A stretch of 64,000 bases of DNA from Octopus bimaculoides (lineage: Eukaryota). The notes under the pieces were generated by a model. It did no database searches and was not told the origin of the DNA. It worked only from the letters and a program-made list of their open reading frames with translations. Positions 50,246-63,080 of this stretch are shown here, piece by piece. A program made the position numbers and the translations under genes. The stretch spans positions 16,106,194 to 16,170,193 of the forward strand of contig NC_068987.1 of assembly GCF_001194135.2 (NCBI RefSeq), given 5' to 3'. Numbering within the stretch: position 1 is the first letter of the stretch; each line of letters starts with the position of its first letter.

Positions 50246-50728
50246 TAAAAAGTAAAAAAAAAAAATTAAAAAAAAAAAAAAAAAATTCGTATATTCAACC
50301 TTTACCAATGATGGATGATTGATATATAATCAAAATTGACTGACATTAGCTATCACGTTTTCCAACATATATCTATCATCCATCATTGTAAAAATCTATT
50401 AGTCAAAATTGACTGACATTTTCCATTTATGTTGTTGAAGGGACAAGCATGGCTGTGTGGTTAGGAAACTTGCTTTGCAGCCATCTGGTTTCAGGTTCAG
50501 TCCTGCTGTGCCGACCCAGGCTGCCCAGTTCCTTGTGAGTGAATTTGGTTGCCAGAAACTGTTGTATATATCACACATGCACAGAGACATATATATGTAT
50601 ACATGTATATGTAAATATATTTAGAATAGTAAAAATTAAAATTTCACAGATGTTTCGTAATTTCATTTAAGGTTCTGCAGTGATTTCAAATAACTAAAAT
50701 ACAAACACTGTTTAAGCACAAACAGTGC

Positions 50729-50954
50729 TTAACCATTTTGTTACCACATTTCTGTTGAGATGATTTGTTTCTTTCAATTAATTTTAAATATAACAAAGAA
50801 TTTAGTAAAATAACTTAGTTATCGTTAAGCATGTTAGGAACGTAAATTGTGACTAAGGTTTAGGGGAAGATTTTAATTGAGAACTTTTGCAAACCAGACA
50901 TTTGTACTACAGAGCCAGAAGCGGTTTCAGGCAGGTTGGTATCAAAAGGGTTAA
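50729..50954. mobile_element. piggyBac-like MITE
   Basis: TTAA-ccattttgttacc...ggtatcaaaaggg-TTAA. Confidence 0.75.
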
Positions 50955-51449
50955 AAAACTAATTTAGTAAATTATATATATCTGTTTAAATGCACAAATC
51001 TGTAAGATTGAGGCACTGTTTTTATGTCTGGATATTTTTCTTGTCAAGCTATTCAGGTGGAGATAGGGTTGGGGGAGAATTATGGGCAATACCAGAGATG
51101 GACAAAGCAAGAGTTGGTGATGAGTGACAATAGAAGTGGCTCAGATCAGAGAGAGTCATGTCTGACAGTACACAAAGGGTGAAGTTAGACATACATAATA
51201 TATATATATATATATATGTATTTGGAAACAGGTTAGGGTTGGCAGCAGGCAAAGCATCCAGCTGTAGAAAACTTGCCACACAAATAGTGCTGCACACTAT
51301 ATATCTATGTGTGTGTATGTATATACGTATACGCAATTCTCCTTAGATTTTCTATAACTTTATCTGATTTTGAATTTACTGTTCCAAAGGGTTTGGATAG
51401 AATATCGACAAGTTCTTTAACCCAAATATTTACTCGCTATTATTTATAG

Positions 51450-51521
51450 CGTTATCTGCTTCAAGATCCACCACTCCAAAAAAGAACTGACTTTCTCTCA
51501 AAGTTTATAAATTCATACGAG
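51450..51521 (+). CDS. Candidate coding exon (RYLLQDPPLQKRTDFLSKFINSYE)
   Basis: Acceptor tattatttatag, weak donor gag/gtcaac, 72 nt phase 0-0. Confidence 0.25.
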
Positions 51522-52388
51522 GTCAACTTTATATTAATATCTATCTATTACATTGTGTGTGTGTGTGTGTCTGAGGAAGCCAATAGCATGAGTGGTTCTA
51601 ATTGACTGAACAGAAGCTGGTGATCCATCAGCTATTATTGTATTACTTCTTGGTTCTGGCTGACCTTCCATTTTTCCACTTAGGAATTGTTGCATTTACA
51701 AGTTTCTCTATTTATATGGTTTCCTTATTTTTGAACTCCCTCCCTTCTCACAACCATTCCTTCCTGTTTGACTTTCCTCCCTCCCTTTCCTCATTATTAC
51801 TATACATCTTTTCTCTCTCCATTTCATCCAAGCAAATTCTCTTACTCTTTCTCTCTCTCTCTCTGTCCCATCAGTTCTTTCTCTCTCTCTCTCTCTCTCT
51901 TCAGTCACTTCCCTTCCATGCTTGGGAAACTCAGCAGCCACAATTCTCCCCACTTCCTGTCCCTGTTACCTTTCTTTATTATTATCTTCCGTTGTGAACT
52001 GGTTGGCTTTTCATTTCTCTCAATGAAGGGCAGGTAGTCTGAAATGTTGGACACATTTCCACTTACAATGGCATACATACCATCATCATCATCATTTAAC
52101 ATCTGTCTTCTATGCTTGCATGATTCAACAGAATTCAGAAGCTGCATGAACTTGAACGTTGGCTTTGGTATGATTTCCTAACCAAATACTTTACATAACG
52201 TACTGGGTACATTTTGTTGTGACACCAGCATTAGTGAGGTTTCCATGTAACTTATAAGACCAAAAGAAAGCTCTGTGTTGCTGTGTAGTAGAAAGGGAGG
52301 TGCTTTCTTTAGGCATTATGTGTTGAGTGGCCAACTTAAATATTTTACTTTTACATCGGTTATTGTACCTGTGTGACTTTTTCTAAAG

Positions 52389-52423
52389 GTTCATAACCCC
52401 ACTGAAGTTTATTTTAGAACAAG
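52389..52423 (+). CDS. Candidate coding exon (VHNPTEVYFRT)
   Basis: Acceptor tgactttttctaaag, strong donor aag/gtgaga. Confidence 0.25.
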
Positions 52424-52949
52424 GTGAGACACATTTCTTGGTGCAACTGATGCCTGAGATTAGTGACTGATACCGTTTTCGGAGTTTAGTGTTTAGCCCC
52501 AGGTATCTCAGATATGAACTCGGAGACCAATGATCAAAGGAATCGTTCCAGTTCTGGCTGTCCCCTAATTTTTTTTCAGATTTGTTACCCTCTTTTTTTT
52601 TTTTTTGTAACAGTAGGATGATTTGAGAGAGACTTGATTGCTATTTCTAGCAAGTCAAGTGGCTATGAGTAGGCTCACTTGGTGGCTCAGTGTTGTTTTA
52701 GAACAGCAGAATCGGGATGGTGGTTGTAGTGGTTGTGTTGGTTAGGAAAGGAATGGTGATTGCAATAGTTGATTATCTTACTTTTGAACTCCCCCCCCCT
52801 TGCATCCTTACAATCATTCCTTTTTCATTTACCCTCTGCTTCCTTAATCACCACTGCCTCTCTTCCTCTCCTTATTCTCTCTGTCTTTTTCATTTTAGCA
52901 AATTATCTTAATCTCTCTGTTTCATCACCCCTCTCTCTTTCTGACTACT

Positions 52950-53177
52950 CTAACCCTTTAGCATTTAAATTGACTATATCCAGTCCAAGCATTCCACTTG
53001 TTTTATGTTCAGACCAGCCAGATCTGACCTCTCACACTTATCCTACAATGTTATTTTAAATATAAACAATCACATCATTGAAATTTCAAAGCTATGAGGT
53101 AGTACATGATTAATTCAACACATTGTGAATAAATAAGCATTACATTTGACAGAATCATCTGAATAATAAAGGATTAA
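52950..53177. mobile_element. piggyBac-like MITE, second family
   Basis: (c)taa-ccctttagcattt...ctgaataataaagga-ttaa. Confidence 0.65.
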
Positions 53178-53704
53178 ATAACCATAAGTTGTCCATCAGA
53201 TGACTACATGTTATTTATCATATACCACATAGTGAGAGATGAGGTAACTTAGTTACAATTATAGTTTTAAGCAAACTCAGATGCTGGTGGTGGTGGTGCT
53301 TGTTGTGCTAGCTTGCTGTGGCAGTGATTGAATCTAATTAATGGTATTTAATTAGGTTAAGTATGATTGCAGTGGTTGCAAAAAAACTTAGTGTCAGAAG
53401 TTCAAATTCAATATTTGGAATTAGTCACATATTTCATTTCGATGTATATTAGAGTGAGCAAGCCTGCTTGCCTCTGCCTGCCTCTGTTTTCATGCTCCAT
53501 CACTAGATAAATACAGCTTGTGGGAAGCAAGAGTTTGTATATCTTCACTCTAAATCAGTGGTGGTGGAAGCTAGCCCTTGGGGTGTACATATGGTTTTAA
53601 AATAGGGACACTATGATCATGTATGCAAATGTCTTCTAATTTAGTCCTGGGCCGACCAAAAGTTTGTCAGTGGATATGGATGATGGAAACCGAAGAAGAC
53701 AGTC

Positions 53705-53737
<33 letters not shown>

Positions 53738-55981
53738 CACAAGGTGTCCATATATCACCTTTACAATTTGAAACATTCAGCGAAAAATAGGTTCACTGTG
53801 ATCCTGTAGGTAAACGTCTTCTACTTCAGCCCTGCGCTGACCAAAAATTTGTCAGCAGATATGGTTGATGGAAACTGAAAGAAGCTTGTTCTTCATTTGA
53901 ATTCCTTCCCTGTTCTGCTGCAGGCTTCACTTTTGTACACTATATTTAGGTCATCAAATGTCCATTTTATATATAAACCTTGCAGTTCCATGCAGTGGAA
54001 CTGAACCTGGAATCATGGTTGGGAAATGTATATATTTATGTGTCTGTGTTTTCCCCCTACTATTGCTTGACAACGATGTTGGTGTGTTTACATCCCTGTA
54101 ACTTAGCAGTTCAGCAAAAGAGAATCAATAAGTTCAGGTATCGACTTCTTCGACTAAAAATTCTTTAAGGCATTGCTCCAGCATGGTCATAGTCAAATGA
54201 CTGAAACAAGTATAAAAAAAAGAAAATTAAATGATGTCTGAACAAAGGTATGCACAAATATACACACACATACCTGCACACACACATTGGGCTTCTCTGG
54301 GTTTCCTTGCACCTTCCTAATTCACTCAGAAGGCTTTGGTTAGCAGGAGACACTGGCCTAAGGTGCTGCACAGTAGGATTGAACCCAAGGCCACATGGTT
54401 GGGCAGCAAGCTTCATAACCATATGACTATGCCTGCATCTATAAATTTAGTAATTATTTGTCTCTTATGATTAATCACACATCTGAGTGTAGAGTTAGCA
54501 AATAATTTGAATGTCAGAAAAACCATGTCTACAATGGCTCTAATAAAATTTGAATCCTTGACCATTCGCCACTAGTCAATCTGTCTCAGACATTACTTAG
54601 ATTGATAAGACATCAGTCTACTAGAAGTTAGCAGTTATTATGTCCATGTACTCCATCCCTTTTTCCTAGCTCAAGTACTGTCAGATGTATGTATATATAT
54701 GTGTATGCAATTTTAACGTTATTAATTAGTTTTGCTTTCTCTCTCTAACACTTCAAAGTGCCTCTATTGTGAACTACCAATTCTATTCAGAGCAAATATG
54801 CTTGAATTGAATAAGGTCAAGTGTTATATCAGTACACATACTGTAGAGTATCACATGTGTAATATAGTGACTCTGTCCGTCTGTCTCTCTCTCCGCTATA
54901 TTGTTTACATCAGTATAGCTTTAAATTGACTCATAGACTTCCTGTCAGTAAGAATTTATTAAAAGTTCACCTGCTTCTATCACTTCTCGTCTTCTGCCTC
55001 CTCCCCCTCCTCGTCGAAATTAGAAGCATTTTTAATATTTAATTGTCTGTGTTAGATCACTAGCTCTCGTTTTTGTAGGCTTACATCTTCACCAATCTCG
55101 CACATAGATACACACACACTTATACATACATGCATCCATACACAAGTGCACACACGCCCACAGAATCATCATCAACGCCACCATTCTTTTTTAACATCCA
55201 TTTTTTTCCATGTGTGTATGAGTCATCGGGATATTAGTTGAGGCAGATTTTTTTCACACCTTGATGCCTACCCTGTCGCCCACCCGTAACTGCTTTCCAA
55301 GGGAAAGGGAAAGGCAAAGACCAATACAGCTTGGCACCAGTGATGCCACAACTCATTTCTACAGCTAAGCGAACTGGAGCAATGTGAAACAAAGTGTCTT
55401 GCTCAAGAACACAACACACAGCCCAGTGTGGAAAATTGAACTAACTACTTCATGATTGTGAACCTGATGCTGTAACCACTGAGCCATGTACCTTCACACA
55501 CACACTCTCACACACACACACAGACACACACACACACACACACACACACATTAATTAATAAAAAACGAAGTTAAAAGGAATTATTAAATTCAGGCAGACA
55601 TCTAGGAAGCACTCTCTGTTGAGCAAACTTGGTTAACTATCTCAAATGGACACCGATAAATTCAAATAACATTAACTTCCAAGGTAATTCTATGTGTGTA
55701 AACCATTCCTTGTGATTAGTTGGGATGAAGACTTTTTGATAACAATAAGCAACTGCTGATAGCATAGAACAAATAAAGACTGAGATTTATTACTAGTTTT
55801 GACAACTATTGGTTAATAAACATTATCTATGTCACAAGAGGTGGTTTCTCCTGTGTTATATGCAAATTAGTGGACTAAGCTTTTTTTGATAGCATGGGAA
55901 CCCCCCCCCCCAACATTACCATATGATGTCATAGCATAAATTAGCCTCCATCTCCCTTGCGATATGACCTGATACTTGAAG

Positions 55982-56200
55982 GCTGTGAGCTGGCAGAATT
56001 GTTAGCATGCTGGGCGAAATTCTTAGTGGTATTTCTTCTGGTTCTTTACATTCTGAATTCAGATGTTGCCAAGATTGACTTTGTCTTTCATCCCTTTCCC
56101 AGGTTCATAAAACCAGTACCAGTTGAGCACTGGGGATGATGTACTCAACTTAACCTCTCTCTGGAACTTGCTGGCCTTGTGCCAAATTTGAAACCAATGT
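55982..56200 (+). mobile_element. F4 SINE
   Basis: gagctggcagaattgttagc...tttcatccc...ggccttgtgccaaatttgaaacc. Confidence 0.8.
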
Positions 56201-56215
56201 GACTCTGTACTTGGT

Positions 56216-56500
56216 TCACTTTCTTCCATGTCTTTTTCTTTCTCCTTTCCCTTTTTCTCTCTGTTTCTTTTTCTTTCCTTTTTCTGTTTTGTCATCATTC
56301 CTTTTTGTCTTTCTTCTCTCCTTTCCTTTTCTTTCTTCCCTTCCTTCCTTTTCTTTTTTCTCTTTCTTGCTTCCCCCCCTCCTCTCATCTTCCTGTCTTT
56401 ATACCTTTCTCCCCACTTCACTTTCCTTTTTCTTTCTACCCTTCTCTTTTTCCTATTCACTTTCCTTCTCCCTCTCTCTTTACCCCCCCCCTCCCTCTCA
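56216..56500. repeat. Polypyrimidine (CT-rich) tract
   Basis: About 285 nt almost entirely C/T. Confidence 0.85.
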
Positions 56501-57802
56501 AAATAGAACTGTGCCGATGACTTGAGGTCATGCAATATAAATGTTATCCCCATTGTTAAACATCGTTGGTTGGGTTTATGTTTGTTGTAGTCATCATTAA
56601 CTCTCTGTCCTGTGTGATAACATCATAACAATTTGCTGGAGTTGTGATTGCTGTTCAGGTGGTGGGTGTCTAGATGAAGTATGTGTGTGTGTGGTGGGGG
56701 AATTAGTTGTAAATTAGTCCAGTAACTTCATTGTGTTGACTCTCTGATTAATTAAGTTTTCACCACCGAAAATGAAATGTTTACTTTTTGTTAATTACAA
56801 ATGAAGCTGTGTGTGTGTGTGTGCCTGATTCTGTGTTTTAATTCCACGCTGTTTACAATTGTTGACACTGTCTGTGTCTGTAGCGTGGCTACCAGTTGTG
56901 TTTAATTTTGCTATTCTTAAATTTAAAGAGTAACAAAATTATAAAGTGTTAATTCCAGCCTCCTCCTCCTTCTTGTCTTCCTCTCTTGAAAGCAATGAAT
57001 CGTCAGGTTGTTAGATGCTCTGCTGCTAGAAATAGTGACCATATCATTCTCAAATTACCTTAAATAATAATAATAAAAAAAGATTAATTTTTTTGTTGTT
57101 TTACAACATTGATTGGCTGGAAAATTTTAAAACTATATTTCATCATTTAATATCCACTTTACCATGCATGGGTTAGACAGAATTTGTTGAAGCAGATTTT
57201 TTGTGATCAGATGCCCTTCCTGTCTCTAACCTTTCCTAGTTCCAAGCAAGGTTAATATTTTCCAATAGTATAATACAACCTTACTTGTATTGAGATGGTA
57301 CTCATTTAATGACTGTGTGGTTAGAGGCTCACAGAGGCCCTAAGCACTTAAAAGATTTAACAACAGGGTTAAATATCTCTGAAATAACATTTCACTTCCT
57401 TCAGAGAAAAGGACATGTTTGAGAATATGGTTCTAGATTATATATTCTGTCCTCACATTAAAGACAGGATGTCCATGGCTTGGGTGTCTTTGATGGTAGA
57501 TTGTGATATGGGCTGATGTGAAGCTAAACATTTGTTGGTTCCAATTGAATTTTAGATTCAACTCTACATGGCTGACAGTCGGTTTTCCATCAATCACTGC
57601 GGAATGTTGCCATTTTGAGATCCTTCTAATAAAGTAAATAGTCATCATTGGCATCATCATCATTGTTGTTTTAATGTCTACTTTTCCATGCTTGCATTGA
57701 TTGGATGGAATTCATTGAAGATTTTCCATGGCTAGCTGCCCTTCATGTTGGCAATCCTCACTTGTTTCCAAGCAAGGTAATATTTCTCCTTACACAAAGG
57801 TG

Positions 57803-58015
57803 GCGGGCTGGCAGAAATGTTAGCGCACCGGGTGAAATGCTTGGTAGAATTTGAACTCAGAATGTAAAGACAGACAAAATACCACTAAGGTTGATTTTTT
57901 GTCTTTCATCCTTTCGTGGTCAATAAATTGAGTACCAGTTGCATACTGGGATCAATCTAATTGACTGCCCCCTCCCCCCAAATTTCAGGCCTTGTGCCAA
58001 GTGTAGAAAAGAATA
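57803..58015 (+). mobile_element. F4 SINE
   Basis: Head and catcctttcgtggtcaataaa domain. Confidence 0.75.
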
Positions 58016-58140
58016 TTTTTCCTTCCACAGACATATTTTGCATGGAAAATTGGAAACTTTTTTTATATATTTGGTGGTGATGCTTGTTTACAACTGTTGT
58101 GCAATGTTCATGTGGGGAGACACAACTACGCGCGCGCGCG

Positions 58141-58195
<55 letters not shown>

Positions 58196-59589
58196 ATATC
58201 CTCAATATCATTTAACATCTGTTCTCCAGGCTGGCATGGGTTGAATGGTTTGACAAGAGCTGGCAAGCCAGAGGGCTATGCCAAGTTCTATTTATTTTGG
58301 CATGGGTAATTTCTATTGTTGGATACCCTTCCTAACTCACCCACACATATCTTTACACATATTTCTTTCGCCTTTCATCTATCATATCCACTCACAGGGC
58401 TTTGGTTGACTCAGTGCTATACTAGAGGATATTTGCTCAAGATGCTCAGCTGTGGGACTGAGCCCCATTACCTTGTGATTGTGAAGCAAACTTTTTAATT
58501 ATTCATCCATGCTGCATCCATACAATAGCAGTACATATATTTCCAGTATATCTTTATATCAAGAATTTATTCTTTGTATTTCATTTCTTTATGTTAGACT
58601 TATGTTATAACCCCAAGTAATTCGTAATTCTTTGTTGAGCACTTTCTGTGAGTTATACGTTGCATAGATGAGATTTACTCCTTTCAATTCTTGCGGACCT
58701 TATGGCCCCCATAGCTAAACAACAACTGTCATTTCCACCTTCATTACATCTATTGTTGTTGTTTGGTTTCAAGTTGTTGCTGATCGAGCAGATCTATATA
58801 AAGACGCTCCAGCTGTGACCAACACATCTTATTTTTTTTTTATTTACTTACATCATGTTAAAAACAAAATTTAAAATGAAAAATTCAATAACCTACATAT
58901 TGCATACAACACTTCTCAGTCTGTCCCACAACAGATATCCTACATTTAGCCTAATGTGTTTAATAGCTAAATTTGTCTCTTTTTCTATTTTTAAGACGTT
59001 AATATATGATTTGAGGGAAATTTGGCTGACATTGCTAACAAGTTGAGTGACTACATAGAGCAACCATTCTCAACAGTTGTATTTTTGGGGAGTGGGGTGG
59101 GGTCTATGGCTCCCTCACACACACACACGAAATGGGTATGAGTGTGTGGACAAACCAAAGAAAAGGGCACTTAACACATTTATTAGAAGTCACATGTATT
59201 TGATTTGGTTCCATGCTACTTCACATTTTGCAGGCTCCTGTTAGGGGCATTCAAAACTTGAAGTAACAGGGAATTGAATCAAACTGTTTTAAATAATATA
59301 TATGATGTGTGTGTGTGTGTGTCTGTGTGTGTGTGTGTATATACATGCATATATATATGACAAGAAATAATTTTTGTTTCTTTGTATGGAAACAAAAAAA
59401 GATATATAGGACTGTAAAAAAGAAGTGTTCAAGTGAAATTGAGATATACACAGAATAATCATTGATTAGAGAACAAACAACAAATTTGGGCCGTCTTTTA
59501 TATAACCCAACGCTTCTATACATTTCATCACATACAAATAATACCATGGCCTTCAACATCTAAAAGAAATACATATACAAGCACAGAAG

Positions 59590-60169
59590 GTAGTGGGTGT
59601 AACCAGCCCACTTATGAATACCCCTCATTCATTGGACAATAAATTTTGCTTGTGAAGACCTATTGAGGCAAGTGAAATCAAAATCGCTGACGTGGCCAAT
59701 GACAGTACTGCTTGATTGGAACTTGTACCAGTGGAACGTTAAAAGCACATCCTAGTGTGATCGTTGCCAGGGCCACAGATTGGCTCCTGTGCCGGTGACA
59801 TGTGAAAAGCACCATTAGAGTGTGATTGTTGCCAGCATTGCCTTACTGGCACATGTGCCAGTGGTATGTGAAAAACAACATTTGAGTGTGGTCATTGCCA
59901 GTGCCGCTGGACTGGCTCCTGTGTAGGTAGCACGTAAAAATACCTTTTCAGTGTGGTCATTGCCAGAACCGCCTGACTGGCCCTCGTGCTGGTGGCGCGT
60001 AAAAGCACCCACTACACTTGGAGTGGTTGGTGTTAGGAAGGGCATCCAGCTGTAGAAACTTTGCCAGATCAGATTGAAGCTTGGTGCAGCCTCTGGCTCA
60101 CCAGTTCTCAGTCAAACTGTCCAACCCATGCCAGGATGGAAAGCTGGCGTTAAACGATGATGATGATGA
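59590..60169 (+). mobile_element. RTE LINE 3'UTR (F2), near complete, with 5-unit tandem array and (GAT)n tail
   Basis: 5' part matches the UTR following the RTE stop at 37857; array at 59700-60010; tail at 60156-60169. Confidence 0.85.
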
Positions 60170-60928
60170 ATTGACTAAAAATAGGTAATCAAAATGAATT
60201 ACTAGTAATTTTAGTAATTCATTTTGCTCACCTATTTTTAGATGATTTGTATATACTTTTTCTTGACAGCCCCTTCTATATTTTTTGTATTTTTATATGT
60301 GCATATATTTTTTTTACCTTCTATGCTTGTATATGTATTTCTTTTATATGTTGAAGGCCATGGTATTATTTGTATGCGATGAAATGTATAGAAGCGTGGA
60401 ATTATATAAAGTCGTTGGCCCGAATTTGATGTTTGTTCTCTAATCACTGCTATATATATATATATACACACACATATACATATACACCTGTGTGTGTGTC
60501 TGTATGTATGTGCATATGTACCTGTCATACAAGTGGTGTTTTTCATTTCTAATCTTCTATGAGAGTATGCCCTGCCTTTGGGGAAAATTGCCTTGCTTTG
60601 AAACAGGTGAGGGTTAGTGACAGCAAGGGCATCCCGCCATGCAAAATCTGCCTGAATAAACTCCATCCGACCCATGCAAGCATGGAAAAGTAGATGTTAA
60701 AACGATGACAATGATATTGCCAATGTTTTACAATCTGGTTCAGTTTCACTGAGACCGATGTCAAAGGTCTCTTGATGTTTGTTTATTTTATTTGACTTTT
60801 TTTTTTGTTGTAACATGATCGTGTTACTCTGTGTGTATGTGTGTGTGAACATGTATTTGCATGTGTGTAATTAGTTATCTTTGTTTGTGATTATGTACTT
60901 GTAATTGTGTGTGGTTGTGATTGTGTAC

Positions 60929-60962
<34 letters not shown>

Positions 60963-61738
60963 TCATCGTCGTTTAGCGTCCGCCTTCCATGCTAGCATGG
61001 GTTGAACTTCTAGCATGGGTTATGTGTGATAATGTGTGTGTGTATGTATATACGTGTGATAATGTGTGTGTGTGTATGTATATACGTGTGTGTGTGTACA
61101 CTACTTGCTACATTTTGAAGTTTCTATGTCTTTACATCCCAGGTCATAACGACCCTCTAACAATAAGGTCACACTGACCTCTGTTGTATTAAGGGAAGCG
61201 GGGGGGGGGCTCATTACTGCCTGTTAACTGTGATACTTCTCTCTCTTCCTTGCTATTAGACCCCCCCCCCCNNNNNNNNNNNNNNNNNNNNNNNNNNNNN
61301 NNNNNNNNNNNNNNNNNNCCCCCCCCCCCATCCCCTGATGCTTTCTCCTTCTTTTGCTCCGAACCCTTTCCCGAAAAGGAAACCTCTGTTATGCCTGCAT
61401 ATGAAGTTATTAAATAAAGTATATTGTTCATGTGAAGAAAAAAAATCATATATTACATTTATGACAATGCCTCGGGGAGTGTAATTAATAGATGGGAGTA
61501 GTGCAGAAGCCTATTGTGTGCGTGTGCGTGTGCGTGTGCGTGCGTGCGTGTGCGCGTGCGTGCGTGCGTGCGTGTTAATCTCTCACCACTTGATAACCTG
61601 GGTTGGTTTGTTTCTGCCCATGCACACACACACATATATTAAAAGTAATTGAGTCGATGACTGGACATAGACTCAAATACGTTACTGCTCTCTGCTTTAG
61701 AGTGTGTTTCTTTTTCGGATATATGATACATTGACGAT

Positions 61739-61955
61739 ATACAGGGTTTGCCAAAAGTCACCCGACAGTAAATCAAAGCTCCATAAATACCTAATATTCA
61801 ATTTTATTTATTCCTTCCATTCATGAATGTTTAACAGTTGAATGCTGTGAGTTAAAATCTCTGTCTTTAATATTTGTCTATTTATTAGCAAAATCTCATA
61901 AAATAATTTTTTGTTTTAATCTTGGAATTAAATGGTTTTGAGGACAGCCATATAT
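61739..61955. mobile_element. Tc1/mariner-type MITE
   Basis: TA-cagggtttgccaaaagtcacc left end; degenerate ttttgaggacagcc-(TA)n right end. Confidence 0.45.
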
Positions 61956-62031
61956 ATATATATATATATATGTTGGTTGCTGTTATGTTGATACATATTA
62001 TTGATGTTATGTTATATTTATCTTTTGTGAA

Positions 62032-62243
62032 GGCGCATGCCTCAGTGGTTAGGGTATTCGGCTCACGGTCGTAAGGTCAGGAGTTCAATCCCTGGCAACA
62101 TGTGTCCTTGAACAGGACACTTTATTTCATGTTGCTCCAGTCCACTCAGCTGCCAAAATGATTAGTACTTGTATTTCAAAAGGGCCAGCCTTCTCACATT
62201 GTGTGTCACGTTGAATCTCCCTGAGAACTATGTTAAGGGTACT
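62032..62243 (+). mobile_element. F3 SINE, 3'-truncated by an F1 insertion
   Basis: ggcgcatgcctcagtggttagggtattcggctcacgg...gagttcaatccc head. Confidence 0.8.
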
Positions 62244-62694
62244 TTTTGCTGAACTGGTAAGTTGTGGGGAATACACACACACAAACTGCAGGCTTTTTTT
62301 AGTTTCTGTCAACCGAATCCACTCACAGCACTTTGGTCAGCTTGAAGCGATAGTGAACGACCCTTACCCAAGGTATCGCATATCAGCAATGATCCCGGGA
62401 CCATGCAGTTGGGAAGTAAACTTCTTACTACACAGCCACATGATTTATGTTCTTAAATAAATGTGTATGTACATATGCGTATGTATGTGTGTGTATATGT
62501 GTGTATGCATGTGCATATATTGCTGGCACTCCATTGATTATGATGATGAGGGTATTTGTATGTGTATGCACGTGTGTGTGTGCGTGTGCGTGTGTGCGTG
62601 CGTGCGCGTGCGTGTGCGCGTGCGCGTGTGTGCGTGTGTGCGTGCGTGCGTGCGTGTGCGCGGCAAGCATCTCCAACTAGCAGGCCATTGCTAC

Positions 62695-62737
62695 TCCAGA
62701 CTGATTACGGGCAAAGACTCAGAAACATGTCTCTGGA
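62695..62737 (+). ncRNA. Type I hammerhead ribozyme motif, copy 1 (G8U)
   Basis: tccaga CTGATTA cggg caaaga ctca GAAA catg TC tctgga; palindromic helix III ACATGT; GUC site. Confidence 0.75.
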
Positions 62738-63037
62738 TACAGGCTTAGCTAAGTGGGGATGCTTGTCTCCCACTTGTAAACAAGGACACAGGTGTCAAGG
62801 CTGACAGGAAGCGGTGCTGCTTCCTAGGGCTAAATAACAGTAGCATTATTTCCTTCATGGGACTGTCACATTAAATTGACAGCATACAACTACTTTGTCG
62901 CATCACTGCTGCATAAATCTCTCTGAGAAATTTAGAAATGTATTATTTCTATTTTTGAAATCAGTGAATGTGTTTCACTAGAATTATTATGTTTATGAGA
63001 GCTTGACAGGCATCTGCAACTAGCAGGCCATTGCTAC

Positions 63038-63080
63038 TCCAGACTGATGACAAGCATAGACTCAGAAAAATGTCTCTGGA
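63038..63080 (+). ncRNA. Type I hammerhead ribozyme motif, copy 2 (intact core, helix III mutated)
   Basis: tccaga CTGATGA caag cataga ctca GAAA aatg TC tctgga. Confidence 0.75.
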
